The notes under the pieces are model-generated. The model was not told the origin of the DNA and did no database searches. It saw only the letters and a program-made list of their open reading frames with translations. 64,000 nt of DNA from Macrostomum lignano (lineage: Eukaryota). The position numbers and the translations under genes are program-made. The stretch is from positions 124,001 through 188,000 of the forward strand of contig NIVC01000017.1 in assembly GCA_002269645.1 (NCBI GenBank), read 5' to 3'. Positions 47,664 to 60,020 of this stretch are shown one piece after another. Every line of letters begins with the position of its first letter. The first letter of the stretch is position 1.

Positions 47664-49433
47664 TACCAACCCAACCTCATTTTGACACTTTCTTAAAATC
47701 CTAGGATAGGCCTAGGCCCTACTAACCAAAAGTGCCAAAGTGAAATCCCAATCTCACCCTACCCAAGCTGCAGACAAAGTGTTAAAAATAGCAAAACAAA
47801 AAGCATACTGTCAGTCATATTACATTATTGTATAGATCAATAGTATATTATATATTTTTTATTTGCTCTAGTTAAGATATATTTATTCATTAAGAAAGGT
47901 ACCTTTGGCAGGTTTTATTTTTGTATTATAGTTGGGCAGCCTATGCTTAGCTAGGTAAATTAAAATTATTTTTGTCAATATTTTTATTTGATTAAAAGCC
48001 TAGGTCAAAAAAATTAATATTATATTTTATGTATACAAAACTTAAATTGTTTCTCACTAGATTCTCACTATCACTATTTGCAAAAACAAGGCTTTTTTAT
48101 TTTAGTTTAATGTTTTATACAATTCATATAATTTGACATTTGATCAAAATATTTATATAAATGTTAAACTTAGATCTAGGCTATATTAGGTATAAAGGCT
48201 TTCTATGTTTTATATAGGACCTAAGTTTTATTGAGTTAGGAATGTAATTATAAATGCCTTTTATATAAATATAAAGGCCTATCCCCTATAAGGCTTATAA
48301 AATTAGTTAAATTAAAATAAAGTTAATACAAGGTTAGGCCCTGGCCTAAGTATTAGATTTTTATAAATTATTTTTTATTTAGGCATAGTATCAGTTTTTT
48401 ATATTATAAAAATAAGCCCTATTGTTCCCTTTTGTCTATGGTTTCCGGCATTCATACTTGCGGTAACAATTTAATTGTTTGTCGGCTTTTTTCGATTGTT
48501 GCCGGATTTCAGACGAATGTATTTGGCTATCAAAACAAGGAACAACAATAGCAACACGGCGAAAGTGTTTCATAGTCACAAAAAGTTCTTAAGAACAAAC
48601 CGATCGAATCAATTGTTTTACTTTCCGTAAAAGTTGAATGTGCAGTTGTGGAACTGACCACCACAGAGGCTTCTCGGCAGGTCTTGGCCGCCCTCGGGTG
48701 CTTTCATCAGCTCGCCTCTATCAGACCCAGTTGTCACACTTTCGATGGTGGATTCCGCATCGTCGTCAATCTTGGTGACTGGACGCATCCAGGTTGTCCA
48801 TCTCCAGAACGTAGCGCGTGCTCGACTCTCGGGTGACAAAAGCCAACTCGTCCGTGGAGAGTTCACATATTTCTCCGCCAGGAATGTTTGCGTAGCGAAT
48901 CATAGCTACTTTTCCTATTTGCACTCCGAATAGGAGAATTAATTCAAGCTCAAAATCAACTTGAGAATTAACTCATGGCAGCCAGGCTAGCTGTCTTCAC
49001 TGTCCTTTAAATTTGCCATAAACGATTAATTATCTCTACAACCCTTTCATTTAGAGAGCAACTAAATTTGCCATAGACAATTGATTATCTCTACAACCCT
49101 TTCAAAGCGCATTCCGGCAACAATCGCATTTCATACTCAGCATCCGCACTATGTCTGGGCCATAGACAAGGGAAGTCAAAAGGGTACAATAATGAAATGT
49201 ACCGATTTTTTTCGGCAGCAATTGCGTAAGCTGAAGCCGCGTAGTATATATCGTTACATTGTAGCCAAGGTCTTAATTGTACTAGGTGCCCCCTTTCTTG
49301 TGCTAGAGTAGGCCTATGCTAATGCACTAGATTGCACTTATGTTGTGGCCACTGGTATCGCTTGACCACCCTGGTTGTCTTCCACCATGACGACATCCTC
49401 CATCAAGTCGTTCAAGAGCTCGTCTTCCTCAGA

Positions 49434-49850
49434 CTAGGTGTAGCTGTACGTGTACCTAGCCTCGTAATCTGAGAGATCCTCCTCCATCCCATCGGCCCAC
49501 TCGCTTGCATCCATTTTGCCATTCTCACTTAGACTGGCTGACTTGTTGTCAATAGTGATACAGAACTCCTCCGGCACCAACATACCGTCTGGCGGCACAA
49601 AATACTGGGCGCACTCAATTGGGTTAGAGACTGCTTCCTGACCAAACCAGTCGTACAACGCTCGCCGAAATGGGCACAGCAAGATTGCACTGGCATGCTG
49701 GAGCTTCTGGAAGCTCTCAGTTCCCTGCTGCCCACACTTATCTAGATGCTGTCGTAGACTCTCCTGCCAGTACACTCTCCGCAGCTCCTCTTCAGATGCT
49801 GATGGTGCAACACCGAACTCAGCGTAAAGTTCTAGACCCGGAAAGCAAAG
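49434..49850 (-). pseudogene. J-domain (DnaJ-like) gene fragment, HPD->HLD, with an apparent premature stop
   Basis: LYAEFGVAPSASEEELRRVYWQESLRQHLDK...FQKLQHASAILLCPFRRALYDWFG follows the J-domain pattern. Acidic coding-like sequence continues in frame past the TAG at 49434. Confidence 0.65.
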
Positions 49851-50065
49851 CCTGCAATGGGCCAGGTTCGGCTTAGACTGGGATGATTTGCGATGTGATC
49901 TCGAGGTCTGGAGGAGTCGCCGGTCGTTCGCCTTCTGTCCATCCCTCCGCTGCGCACCCGGGGCAGTCCCGCACCAAATCTGCTACCCGGGGAAAACAAA
50001 CGACTGGGCTAGACAAGATGGCAGCCCGCAAGTACAACACTTACACTAAATAAGGCCAATGTGTG

Positions 50066-50363
50066 CCTATAAGGAATAAGTGGACAAAAGGTGTCCAATT
50101 TCTGTTGCAATTTTAGAATTTTCTAATGTCACCTTGTAGCTGGAGTCAAGGCAGGTGGTGTCACAGTACAGTGCAGTTTTTGGGTAAATAGCAGGAATAA
50201 CTATGACTGTCTTATTAAAGCTAAATGCTATATCATCTAACTAGTACTATGCCTATATTTGGTGCAAAAGTTAGGATGTTCTCTGTCGCATTGCATTTTT
50301 GAATTACAATTTTAGACCCCGTGTCAAACATCTGCAGGTTTTTTTACACTTATTCCAATAAGG
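50066..50363 (+). mobile_element. Degenerate about 300-bp inverted-repeat element with a diverged 28S-like core, copy C
   Basis: GGAATAAGTG / CACTTATTCC inverted ends and a central 64-mer at 50182-50245. TSD not convincing. Confidence 0.55.
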
Positions 50364-52073
50364 CTTTGGACAGCATTTTACTAAATGACTTTGGATTAAA
50401 TCTTCTTCTTTATATCTAAATCTGAGCTGTCTATGTCTGTCTGTCTATCTGTCTGTCTGTCTATGCAATCAATAATAGAAAAAATGGCTTAACTGATTTT
50501 CACTAAACTTGCACCATTCAATCAGAAATTTTCTGTGATGGTACATGGGTCATGGCCAAGAAATTGCTCAATGCTAAAGGGATTAAATATTCAAAAACAT
50601 GCTTTTTTGCAAACAGTCAAGCAGCTCTTTTGACTTGAAATGCATTGTAAGAATGCTAGAGAAAAAACTGACTAGTTGAATTCTGATTCTGAAATAGATT
50701 GCATTACACCAGGCTTTTTATTTATTATCTATGTACTGGCTGAATTTTGACAGACGCTGAATTGAATTGTGCCAGTCTGAAATACACAGTGTGGAAGTGA
50801 TGTGTTCCTTATTACCAGACCTTTTCTGTAATCAAAGAACAATCACTTCTAGATCTTTAGCTAGGCAACCCAGTAATCAAATGAAGGTATCTTTTACCTT
50901 GTGTCCTGTTGAGTCAATCTCTTCCTTGCATAGTTCTCGCGAGTGGTCCTTTTAAGTTTGCCGATTAACTTTGCTTCGCTCCTGGAGCCTGGTCAGGTAA
51001 GTCTTCTTCGTTTCTTGCTGGCCAGTATCTGTTGCACAGACCAATGGGAAGCTTCCAATTAACAATGGGATCCCTGTGCCAAACTGCAGTATTGTATAAG
51101 CCTACTCCTTCTAGCAGTGCCTTAACGCATTCTAGGTATAGCTCCGGAAACCACTGATAGTCTTCTAAGATCTATCAGGGGCAGTCTTTCTGGAGACTGC
51201 AACCAATTGAGTCTCAATAGACTCAAACTCAATACAAATGAGACGTCTCAAACACAGGCTCAAATGAGTAAGGCTTACTGCAAGAACTCGACGAGTCTTC
51301 TGTAGGAAGTCGTATATTGGCTTCCTCTTTGGAGCTCTTCTCCTTCCAGAGGATTTCTTGGCTCCAGGTCTGCTTTGGACCACTTGTATTTATAGGCAAA
51401 TGAACCTCTCTCGAGGTCGTCCATCACTTTTTCGTAAATGTCAAAGGGTCACAATTTGGTGGCTATCAAGCATGACAGGGTAGAAAGTTGCGCAACTAGT
51501 CTACTGTAAAAGTGCATGATTGGTTACCATAGCTGGTAGTCTTTGATTGGTTCATCTGGGTACAACCCGGGTGCAAACTAAATGATGACTTGAAGGTGGG
51601 GTTTGAATTGACAGTTGTGGGTCACACGTGATTGGGTGATTTCTGGAATTAGCATGCTCGAGATTTCTCTTTTCCTATTGGTTGATTTTAATATACCAGT
51701 ATGTATGGTTTAGTGCATATCTTTATACATGGTACTTAGTATACTATTGAATAAAATATGTGAGTAGTACATTAACACTTTTGTCTTTTTTATGGAAGGT
51801 AGAACACTCTACAGAAGCATATAGCTGTAAGACCAGAATTGCGAGAAAATCAGTACGAGGGCTCAAAGGCCAAGTTAGTCGATATATATATTTGTCATTC
51901 ACTATGTACGCGCGTACATTCCGATCGATATAGGTTCAGGTGAATAAAAGCGTGCCCAACCCCCCAGCGCAGGCCAACCCCCAAAACAGCCAACACAACG
52001 AACACCAAAACTCACACCACTTTCCCCCCAAGCACGAGGAATAAAACTCTATGGCAAAAGTTCAAAAAAAGGT

Positions 52074-55000
52074 TCACTCAGGGCGATAAAAATCAGGAGG
52101 CCTCCGCTGTCGTACCGAACGTCTTAGCGCTGGTGGGACGACCGGGTCGATTGCTGCTTCGGTGTCGCCGTCGTCATCGTCATTGCCGCCTGACAGCTGA
52201 GCCCAGGCGTCAGGCACACCCAGCTGCTCAGGACTGGTGCTGGTAGCCGGAGCCGGCTGCTGCTCATCGGTCAGTTGCAGAGAGCCGCGCCGCTTCACGA
52301 ATGGCTTGAGGCGGTCATGGTGCACCACGAGCTTGCGACGCCGCCGAACCGCTAGGCCAGGTGCCAGCCGCACTCGATAGTTGACCTCACCCAGCCGCTT
52401 GAGAACGACGTAGGGCCCCGTCCAGCGGTTGCTGAGGCTCTTGGAGCGACCAGGCTTCACCGTCTTGCAGCTTAGCATGACCAGATCGCCTTGGTTGTAG
52501 GGCTGAAACCGCACGTCCTTGTTGTATCGTTCGTTTCTCTCAGTCTGCGCGCTCTGAAGCTTCTGGTGGACGAGCCTCCGACTCTGCAAAAGCCGTTTCT
52601 GAACATCCTCGACGTAGTCCAGAGTATCCGAAGCGCCGCTGTTGGTGTGCGGCAGCTTGACATCAAGCGGCAGTCTTGGTGGCCAACCGTGTAGCACTTG
52701 AAACGGAGACAGACCAGTCGTACAGTGCGCAGAGCTGTTGGATGCCCATGTGACAAAAGGCAGCTGTACATCCCAGTCGTCCTGGCTTTCCGCTACGACC
52801 GTCGCCAACATGTTACCGAGAGTGCGGTTTCCGCGCTCCACCAGGCCGTTGCCACTCGGATGAAACGGGGAAGTTCGAGTCTTCCGCATCCCGAGCTGCT
52901 CACACAGAGACTGAAACAGCTGGCTCTCAAATTGCCGGCCCTGGTCACTGTGAATCGTGTCCGGAACTCCGTGACGTAGGGCTACTTGATGGACCAGAAC
53001 ATCAGCAACTCGCTCGGCTTCGATACTTGGTAGAGCACGGGTTTCCATCCATTTGGAGAAGCAGTCGCAGATGCTCAGAATGTAGCTGTTGTCTCGAGGC
53101 GTCCTTGGCAACGGCCCCTTAATGTCGATTTGCACGGTCTCCCAAGGTCGCGCCGGCTGTGCTGTACTCTGCAGTGGAGCTCGCTGAGGGCGACTATTGT
53201 TCTTGCGCCGAAGGCATGCTGCACAGCTGGCGACCCAGTTCTGGACATCCTGCTGCATTTTTGGCCACCAGCAGCGCTCACGCAACTTCTGTAGTGTTCT
53301 GTCCGCGCCGAGGTGACCGCTAGCGGCTGCATCGTGGGCGTCGGCCAGGAACTCGGCTCGCAGATGGCTCGGAACGACCGGCTTTCCTTGCCTGACCAGC
53401 GCGCCATGCGGTCCGATCTCAATTCCGTCATCGCCCAAGAACTCCTCGACCTTCTACTGACCGCTGTTGGACAGGTGCTCGCGTCCCTCGGTGAGCGCCT
53501 TGAAGACACTCTGCAGAAGCGCATCGCGCTGCTGTTCCTCTAGGAAGTCTTGATCCCTGCTGCTGTCGAGCTGAGTGGTGGCGGTTCGACTCAACATGTC
53601 CGGGACGACATTCTCTCGACCAGGCCGATAGCATGTCGGCACAGGTATGACCTGAAATGTTTTTGGCTCCAGACTAAGGCGAGCAGTTCTCTGTCGGTAG
53701 CTGAGTAGTTCCTTTCTGCCTTATTCAGAGTTCTTGAGGCAAAAGCGACCGGCAGTTCCGAATCTCCGTGTGCCTGACTGAGGACCGCGCCGACTGCAAA
53801 TGCGCTTGCATCGCAACTCAGGATGAAGGGCCGGCTTAAATCTGGTAGTCTCAGCACGGGAGCCTGGCAGATCCTTTCCCTTAGTTTGGTGAAAGCGCTC
53901 TCACACTCATCCGTCCAGGTGAAGCCGGTCTTTTGCGTTGCTGCATGCAGAGGCGCGGCTATCCTGCTGAAGTCTTGGATGAATCGCCGGTTAAATCCCA
54001 GCATGCCGATGAATCGCCTCACTTCCTCAGCTGAACTCGGCGTCTTAATCTTCGATAAAGCTTCCACCTTACTGGGGTCTGGCTGAATTCCTTCGCTGCT
54101 GACCACATGGCCCAGGTACTTGACACTACGGTACGCAAACACGGACTTCTCCTTGTTCAGTTTCAGGCCAGCGCTTCGAAGCCGTTCAAAAACCCGTCTA
54201 AGGCTGACTAGATGCTGATCAAAGCTCTTACTGAACACTATTAGATCATCCACGTTGACCAGGACCTCCTCCCATGTGAGGCCAGACATGATCAGCTCCA
54301 TTAGTCGTTGGAACGTAGCCGGCGAGTTGCACATTCCAAATCCCATTTTCTTGAACTGCATGAGTCCTCTGGTCGAGTTAAATGCCGTCTTGTAGCGGTC
54401 GGCTTCCTCAACTTCCACTTGATTGAAACCCTGCTTGCAATCGATTGTCGTGAACCAAGAGCAGCCTGAGAGCGCGTCCATGGACTGTTGTAGGTGTGGG
54501 AGCGGATAGGCGTCCTTTACCGTAGCGGCATTCAGCTGGCGCCAGTCAGTGCAGATGCGGATGTCTCCGTTCTTTTTCTTGACCACGATCAAATTGCTGG
54601 CCCATGGAGAGCTCGACGGCTCAATGATGTCGTGCGCAAGCATCTGGCCAATCTTGTCGTCGACTCGGTCCCTCAGCGGCAGGGGGAGCGGGCGCTGGCG
54701 CTGCCTGAATGGCCGTGCTCCTGGCTCGAGCTCGATGTGGTGCTTTAGTACGCTTGTGGAGCCGAGGTCAAACTCATGAGTGCTGAACAGGTCGTCGTTG
54801 GCTTTCAAGATGGTCATCAGCTTGTCTCTTTCTAGCTCTGTCAGTTCGGGGTTCACGTCCCCGTTCTTCAGTTTCTCCTTCACGTTCCCAACCGGCTCGA
54901 GTTCATCAGCAGCTTCGAATTCACCGACTGCTTTGTTGGCATACAGTGTTACTGCCTCGGATCCCAGATTGCACATGAGAACGGGAATCCTCTGATCGGC

Positions 55001-55594
55001 GGACAAGGCGAGAACTCGGGATGCCAGCAGACCGGTCTCTTGAGTAAACTCCGCATTCGGCTCGAAAACGCCCTGCTCATCTTTTGACTTCACTCGCAGC
55101 CAGACCAGCTTCTCACTCCTAGCGGGGACGTTGATGTTGCACTCAATGCGGGCCACCAGCGTCCCGGTCACCATTTGAATTTTTGAGCTGTTGGTGAAGA
55201 CAGTCTTGTTGTTGATGTTAATCCGTAGCTCGCTGGTTGCCCGACCGATAAAGTCCATCCCTAGGATAAGGTCTACGCTTATTCCCTCTACGACGTTGAA
55301 TACATGGTCCAATCGAGTCGTCTCTCCAACTTGAACTGTTCCCCGGGCTGTTCCGAGGCACTGCAGGCGACTACCGTCTACTGACGTTGGACAGCAGCTG
55401 CTCCCGGACTCGAGCTGCAGGCCGCATGACCGCATGAGGCTGTGGCTGATGAGGGATGTCTGTGCACCAGTGTCGAGCAGGAAGCAGACCGGCTTTTCTT
55501 GCAGCAGGGCACGCACAAAAACAGAATGAGCAGTCTGGGCACTTACTTGGCGGGTTGGGGCTGGCCCGTCGCCTCCAACCCTCAGAAGTTTCCC
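52074..55594 (-). pseudogene. pol: pol (protease, RT, RNase H, integrase) with an RNase H deletion/frameshift near 53640 and a TAG at 53454
   Basis: LLDTGA; YPLP, FGMCNSPATFQR, VNVDDLIVFS; CDAS...ELLA; HHCC, IDIKGP, SDQG, GLVER, GPY. No chromodomain. Confidence 0.92.
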
Positions 55595-56454
55595 GCCGGC
55601 CGGGCTTTACTTGGGCAGACCGCTGCATTGTGGCCCCAACCGGAGCAGTTGAAGCACCGACCTTGCTTGTGGGAACCTTTAGTTGGACATCTGCGCGCGA
55701 TGTGACCGTCTTTGCCGCACTGATAGCAACCGGATGTTCTCTGGGCCTGCCGACGGTCACCTGGTCCAGCGCGGCCTCCTCTAGCGGCGCCGCTTGTCAC
55801 GGCAGCTGTCAGTGTCTCCAGCTGCTGCTCGAGTCGGGACAGCCGGTCGTCTACCACGGAGACCATAGACGAACATGCGGGCGTGTTCTTGCTCATCACC
55901 TGCTCCAGTCTGGTAGCTCTCTCGACCAGCGTGCCCAGCGTGCATGTATCCGAGTCGCTCTCCTTGAGCAGGGCTTCGCGTATCCCTGCGCTTTATAGCT
56001 GGATAACTCTTAACTTGACCTCCCGATCACGGAGCGTTGATGGGTCATCCGGGCGGGCTCTCATGTTCAGCAGCCTGGGTGCGAACGAGAGCTCCCTGAT
56101 TGACTCGCCATTCTTTCGTTGTCGACCTTGGAACTCCTGCATGGCGCGGTGCTGATTGGCTGAGCCGCCGTACTGCTGGAGAAGAAGTGCCTTGATTTTC
56201 TCTTAACTCTTTTTATCGGCATCTGGCATGTCCCAAACACCGACCTGGGCCTCCCCTCTCAGCAGGAGCTTCACTTTGGAGGCACGCTTTGCATCGTCCC
56301 AATTCTTGTCTTCGGCGAAGTTTTCAAAGATGCTCAGCCAAAAGTGCACGTTTGATTGGCCACTTAACTTGGGCGGTAGCAAACTGGCGTCGTTGCTCTT
56401 CTCATCTCGCTCTTCCATTCTGATCTGCCAACTTGAATTGGGCTTCGCTGCCAC
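55582..56454 (-). pseudogene. gag: gag with two CCHC zinc knuckles, interrupted by in-frame TAA at 56203-56205 and 55993-55995
   Basis: CYQCGKDGHIARRC and CFNCSGWGHNAAVC; the frame is continuous across the stops. Confidence 0.9.
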
Positions 56455-56934
56455 CAGTGTAAGACCAGAATTGCGAGAAAATCAGTACGAGGGCTCAAAG
56501 GCCAAGTTAGTCGATATATATATATATATTTGTCATTCACTATGTACGCGCGTACATTCCGATCGATATAGGTTCAGGTGAATAAAAGCGTGCCCAACCC
56601 CCCAGCGCAGGCCAACCCCCAAAACAGCCAACACAACGAACACCAAAACTCACATAGCACAAGACTTGATTGATATTGCATAATTGAATTGCTAACTTTA
56701 ATAGTTACTGACACTGACTGAATGAGAAATAAATTATGTCATGACTTTTACTCTAACTAATGTGATTTGAGTATTGAATTATAAGTGCTACAATTTATGT
56801 ACAAGCATATTGATCAATGAAAGCTAGCCCAGATGCAAACAGATGGAGCTGCTAAAGCAGCGACTGGGTTCGAATTTTAATAGAATAATTTGTAAAGGGA
56901 AATTGCTAAAATGTCTAGACTTACTGGGAGAACT

Positions 56935-57790
56935 GCTGAGATGTCGAGGCTTATGGAGGGATTTGCTGAGATGTCAAGGCTTATGGGGATTGCTGGGATG
57001 TCAAGGCTTATGGGGATTGCTGGGATGTCAAGGCTTATGGAGAATGGCTGGGATGTCAAGGCTTATGGGGAATTGCTGAGATGTCAAGGCTTATGGGGAT
57101 TGCTGGGATGTCAAGGCTTATGGAGAATGGCTGGGATGTCAAGGCTTATGGGGAATTGCTGGGATGTCAAGGCTTATGGGGATTGCTGGGATGTCAAGGC
57201 TTATGGAGAATTGCTGGGATGTCAAGGCTTATGGAGAATTGCTGGGATGTCAAGGCTTATGGGGAATTGCTGGGATGTCAAGGCTTGGCTTATGGGGAAT
57301 TGCTGGGATGTCAAGGCTTACTGGGATAATTTCTAAGATGTCAAGGCTCGGCTTATGGGGAATTGCTGGGATGTCAAGGCTTGGCTTATGGGGAATTGCT
57401 GGGATGTCAAGGCTTGGCTTATGGGGAATTGCTGGGATGTCAAGGCTTGGCTTATGGGGAATTGCTGGGATGTCAAGGCTTGGCTTATGGGGAATTGCTG
57501 GGATGTCAAGGCTTGGCTTATGGGGAATTGCTGGGATGTCAAGGCTTGGCTTATGGGGAATTGCTGGGATGTCAAGGCTTACAGCTAGGGGAGTTGCTGG
57601 GATGTTAAGGCTTTTGTGGAAATTGCTGACTCCAAGGCTTAGTGGGAAAATTTCTAAGATGTCAAGGCTTATGGGGGGAATTGCTGGGATTTCAAGGCTT
57701 ATGGGGGGAATGCTCGGATGTTAAGGCTTACAGGGGATTGTTGAGATGTCAAGGCTTACTGGGAGAATTGCTGAGATGTCAAGGCTAACT
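56935..57790. repeat. About 26-32 bp minisatellite (GGGAATTGCTGGGATGTCAAGGCTTAT)
   Basis: Tandem variants. Confidence 0.93.
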
Positions 57791-58140
57791 GGAAGCATGG
57801 GTCCATTCTTTAATATTTTCAGCCATATTTTCATTTTCATTTTTGCACTCCCAAATGGGCTGGATTGCTAGTATTAACTCCTATTGAGCTATAGTATATA
57901 GGATATAGCCTCTAAAATAATTGATTGGTTTAATTAAAATGAATGGTAAATGCAATTTCGCACAGTAGCCATAAAACGAGAAAATTCAAAGAAAAAATAG
58001 ATATTTTACCTCAATTTTTGGCTCCCTAATGCGCATGCAAGATCGCTTATATAAAATTAAATTTTATAAAAGTATAAAATCAGGCAAATGTTTTTCACTT
58101 GCAGCATACTCAGGAGCATAGTAACAAACCTGCTGCTGGC

Positions 58141-60020
58141 ATGGCTGCAGCATCATGTGATGAATGCGCCGTGTGTCTCAGCCCTATGGTGCACCCCGTG
58201 TCCCTGCCGGTCTGCCCCCACCGCTTCTGCTTCCTGTGCATCAAAGGCGCCGCCCTCCGTTCGATGCGCTGCCCCCTGTGCCGGTCGCGGATACCCGCCG
58301 ATTTTTTCGCCCGACCCCGCCTGCCGCAGGAGTCGGCCGCCGCGTCTAGCATTGGCGTCCTCGTTGCCAGTGGTAACGCCGAGGCGGCGGCCGCTGATTC
58401 TGTCGATTGCGCGTCTGACCCGGCAGGCAGCCAGTGCGGCTGGTACTACGAAGGTCGCAACGGCTGGTGGCAGTTTGAGGAGAGGCACTGCGCCGAGCTG
58501 GAGGCTGCTTATAATAGGTGAATTGTCTATTTATTGAGGCTGCACTTTTCACTGTTTTACAATCCTTGGTTTAGCCGCTTAGTTTTGAAATTCTGTTGGC
58601 TAAACTGCCAGCCTCCCAGATCCCCAGTTGCTGTGCCAGTCTCCCAGATCCTCAGTTGCTGAGCCAGTCTCCCAGATCGCCAGTTGCTGGGCCAGCCTCC
58701 CAGATCCTCAGTTGCTGTGCCAGCCTCCCAGATTTTCAGTTGCTGGGCCAGCCTCCCAGATCCTCAGTTGCTGGGCCAGCCTCCCAGATTTTCAGTTGCT
58801 GGGCCAGCCTCCCAGATCCTCAGTTGCTGGGCCAGCCTCCCAGATCCTCAGTTGCTGGGCCAGCCTCCCAGATCCTCAGTTGCTGGGCCAGCCTCCCAGA
58901 TCCTCAGTTGCTGGGCCACTGCCGGCCTCCCAGATCCTCAGTTGCTGGGCCAGCCTCCCAGATCCTCAGTTGCTGGGCCAGCCTCCCAGATCCTCAGTTG
59001 CTGGGCCAGTCCCAGATCCTCAGTTGCTGGGCCACTGCCGGCCTCCCGGATCCTCAGTTGCTGGGCCACTGCCGGCCTCCCAGATCCTCAGTTGCTGGGC
59101 CAGCCTCCCAGATTTTCAGTTGCTGGGCCAGCCTCCCAGATCCTCAGTTGCTGGGCCAGCCTCCCAGATCCTCAGTTGCTGGGCCACTGCCGGCCTCCCA
59201 GATCCTCAGTTGCTGGGCCAGCCTCCCAGATCCTCAGTTGCTGGGCCAGTCCCAGATCCTCAGTTGCTGGGCCACTGCCGGCCTCCCGGATCCTCAGTTG
59301 CTGGGCCACTGCCGGCCTCCCAGATCCTCAGTTGCTGGGCCACTGCCGGCCTTCCAGATCCTCAGTTGCTGGGCCACTGCCGGCCTCCCAGATCCTCAGT
59401 TGCTGGGCCACTGCCGGCCTCCCAGATCCTCAGTTGCTGGGCCACTGCCGGCCTCCCAGATCCTTAGTTGCTAGGCCACCGCCCCCTCCCATATCTCCAG
59501 GCTAAGCTCACAACTCAAATCGCAGTCTCACCCTGTCCGCTCACTCCCCACGTCAAGGTCGGAGCCGTGCTGCTCCCTGGTGATATTCGGCTATGCCTAC
59601 GTTGTCGACTTCGCTCTGATGGTGCAGCAGCGCCAAGACGACGCCTCCAAGGTGCGCCGAGTGAAGCGCGGCTTCGGCCCGACCGATCGGCTGAAGGGCG
59701 TCGCCGGCCTGGCAATGCCGTCGCCGACTGGGGCCGCTGCGTCGGCGGCAACGGTCCCGTCGTTAACAGCCACAGCGGTGGCATCCGCTGGCGTCGCGAA
59801 GCCGGCTGGCGCCGTCGACGATGACGGCAGCGGCGACAGCAGCGACGCCTATGCAGCATCCACTCCTTCATCATCGCCGACATCGTCGTTATCCGCGGCC
59901 TCCGACTCCAGCGTTGCCTCGGCAGGCTCCGGCGGCCTTGTCAATGTGTTGAATAGCTCATTGCGTCAGGTGCGCTTGTCGCAGCCCAATAGTCGGCAGC
60001 CGCCCCAGGGTCACGGATGA
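58141..60020 (+). CDS. RNF146: RING-WWE E3 ubiquitin ligase RNF146/Iduna, 279 aa
   Basis: Exons 58141-58517 and 59558-60020 join in frame. RING CAVC...CPHRFCFLC...CPLC. WWE WYYEGRNGWWQ...YAYVVD...MVQ...RRVKR...KGVAGL. Confidence 0.95.
58608..59475 (-). repeat. 28-bp minisatellite family (with 35-bp variants) in the RNF146 intron
   Basis: CCTCCCAGATCCTCAGTTGCTGGGCCAG, the reverse complement of the 23115-23770 unit. Confidence 0.95.

Larger units (their letters stand above)
51826..56654 (-). mobile_element. Ty3/Gypsy LTR retrotransposon, full length, coding-defective
   Basis: TG...CA LTRs at 51826-52016 and 56458-56654, identical except for (TA)n length. 4-bp TSD TAGC. PBS TGGTGGCAGCG (tRNA-Leu type) at 56446-56456. 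PPT at 52017-52031. Domain order gag-PR-RT-RH-IN. Confidence 0.97.

Noticed and set aside
50049-50364. AATAAGGC direct repeat as TSD of element C
   Set aside because: It does not abut matching TIR ends on both sides; probably coincidental.
51880-51950. TATA-like run and AATAAA in the LTR on the strand opposite to gag-pol (inverted LTR?)
   Set aside because: PBS and PPT positions fit the minus-strand orientation; short AT motifs can be chance.
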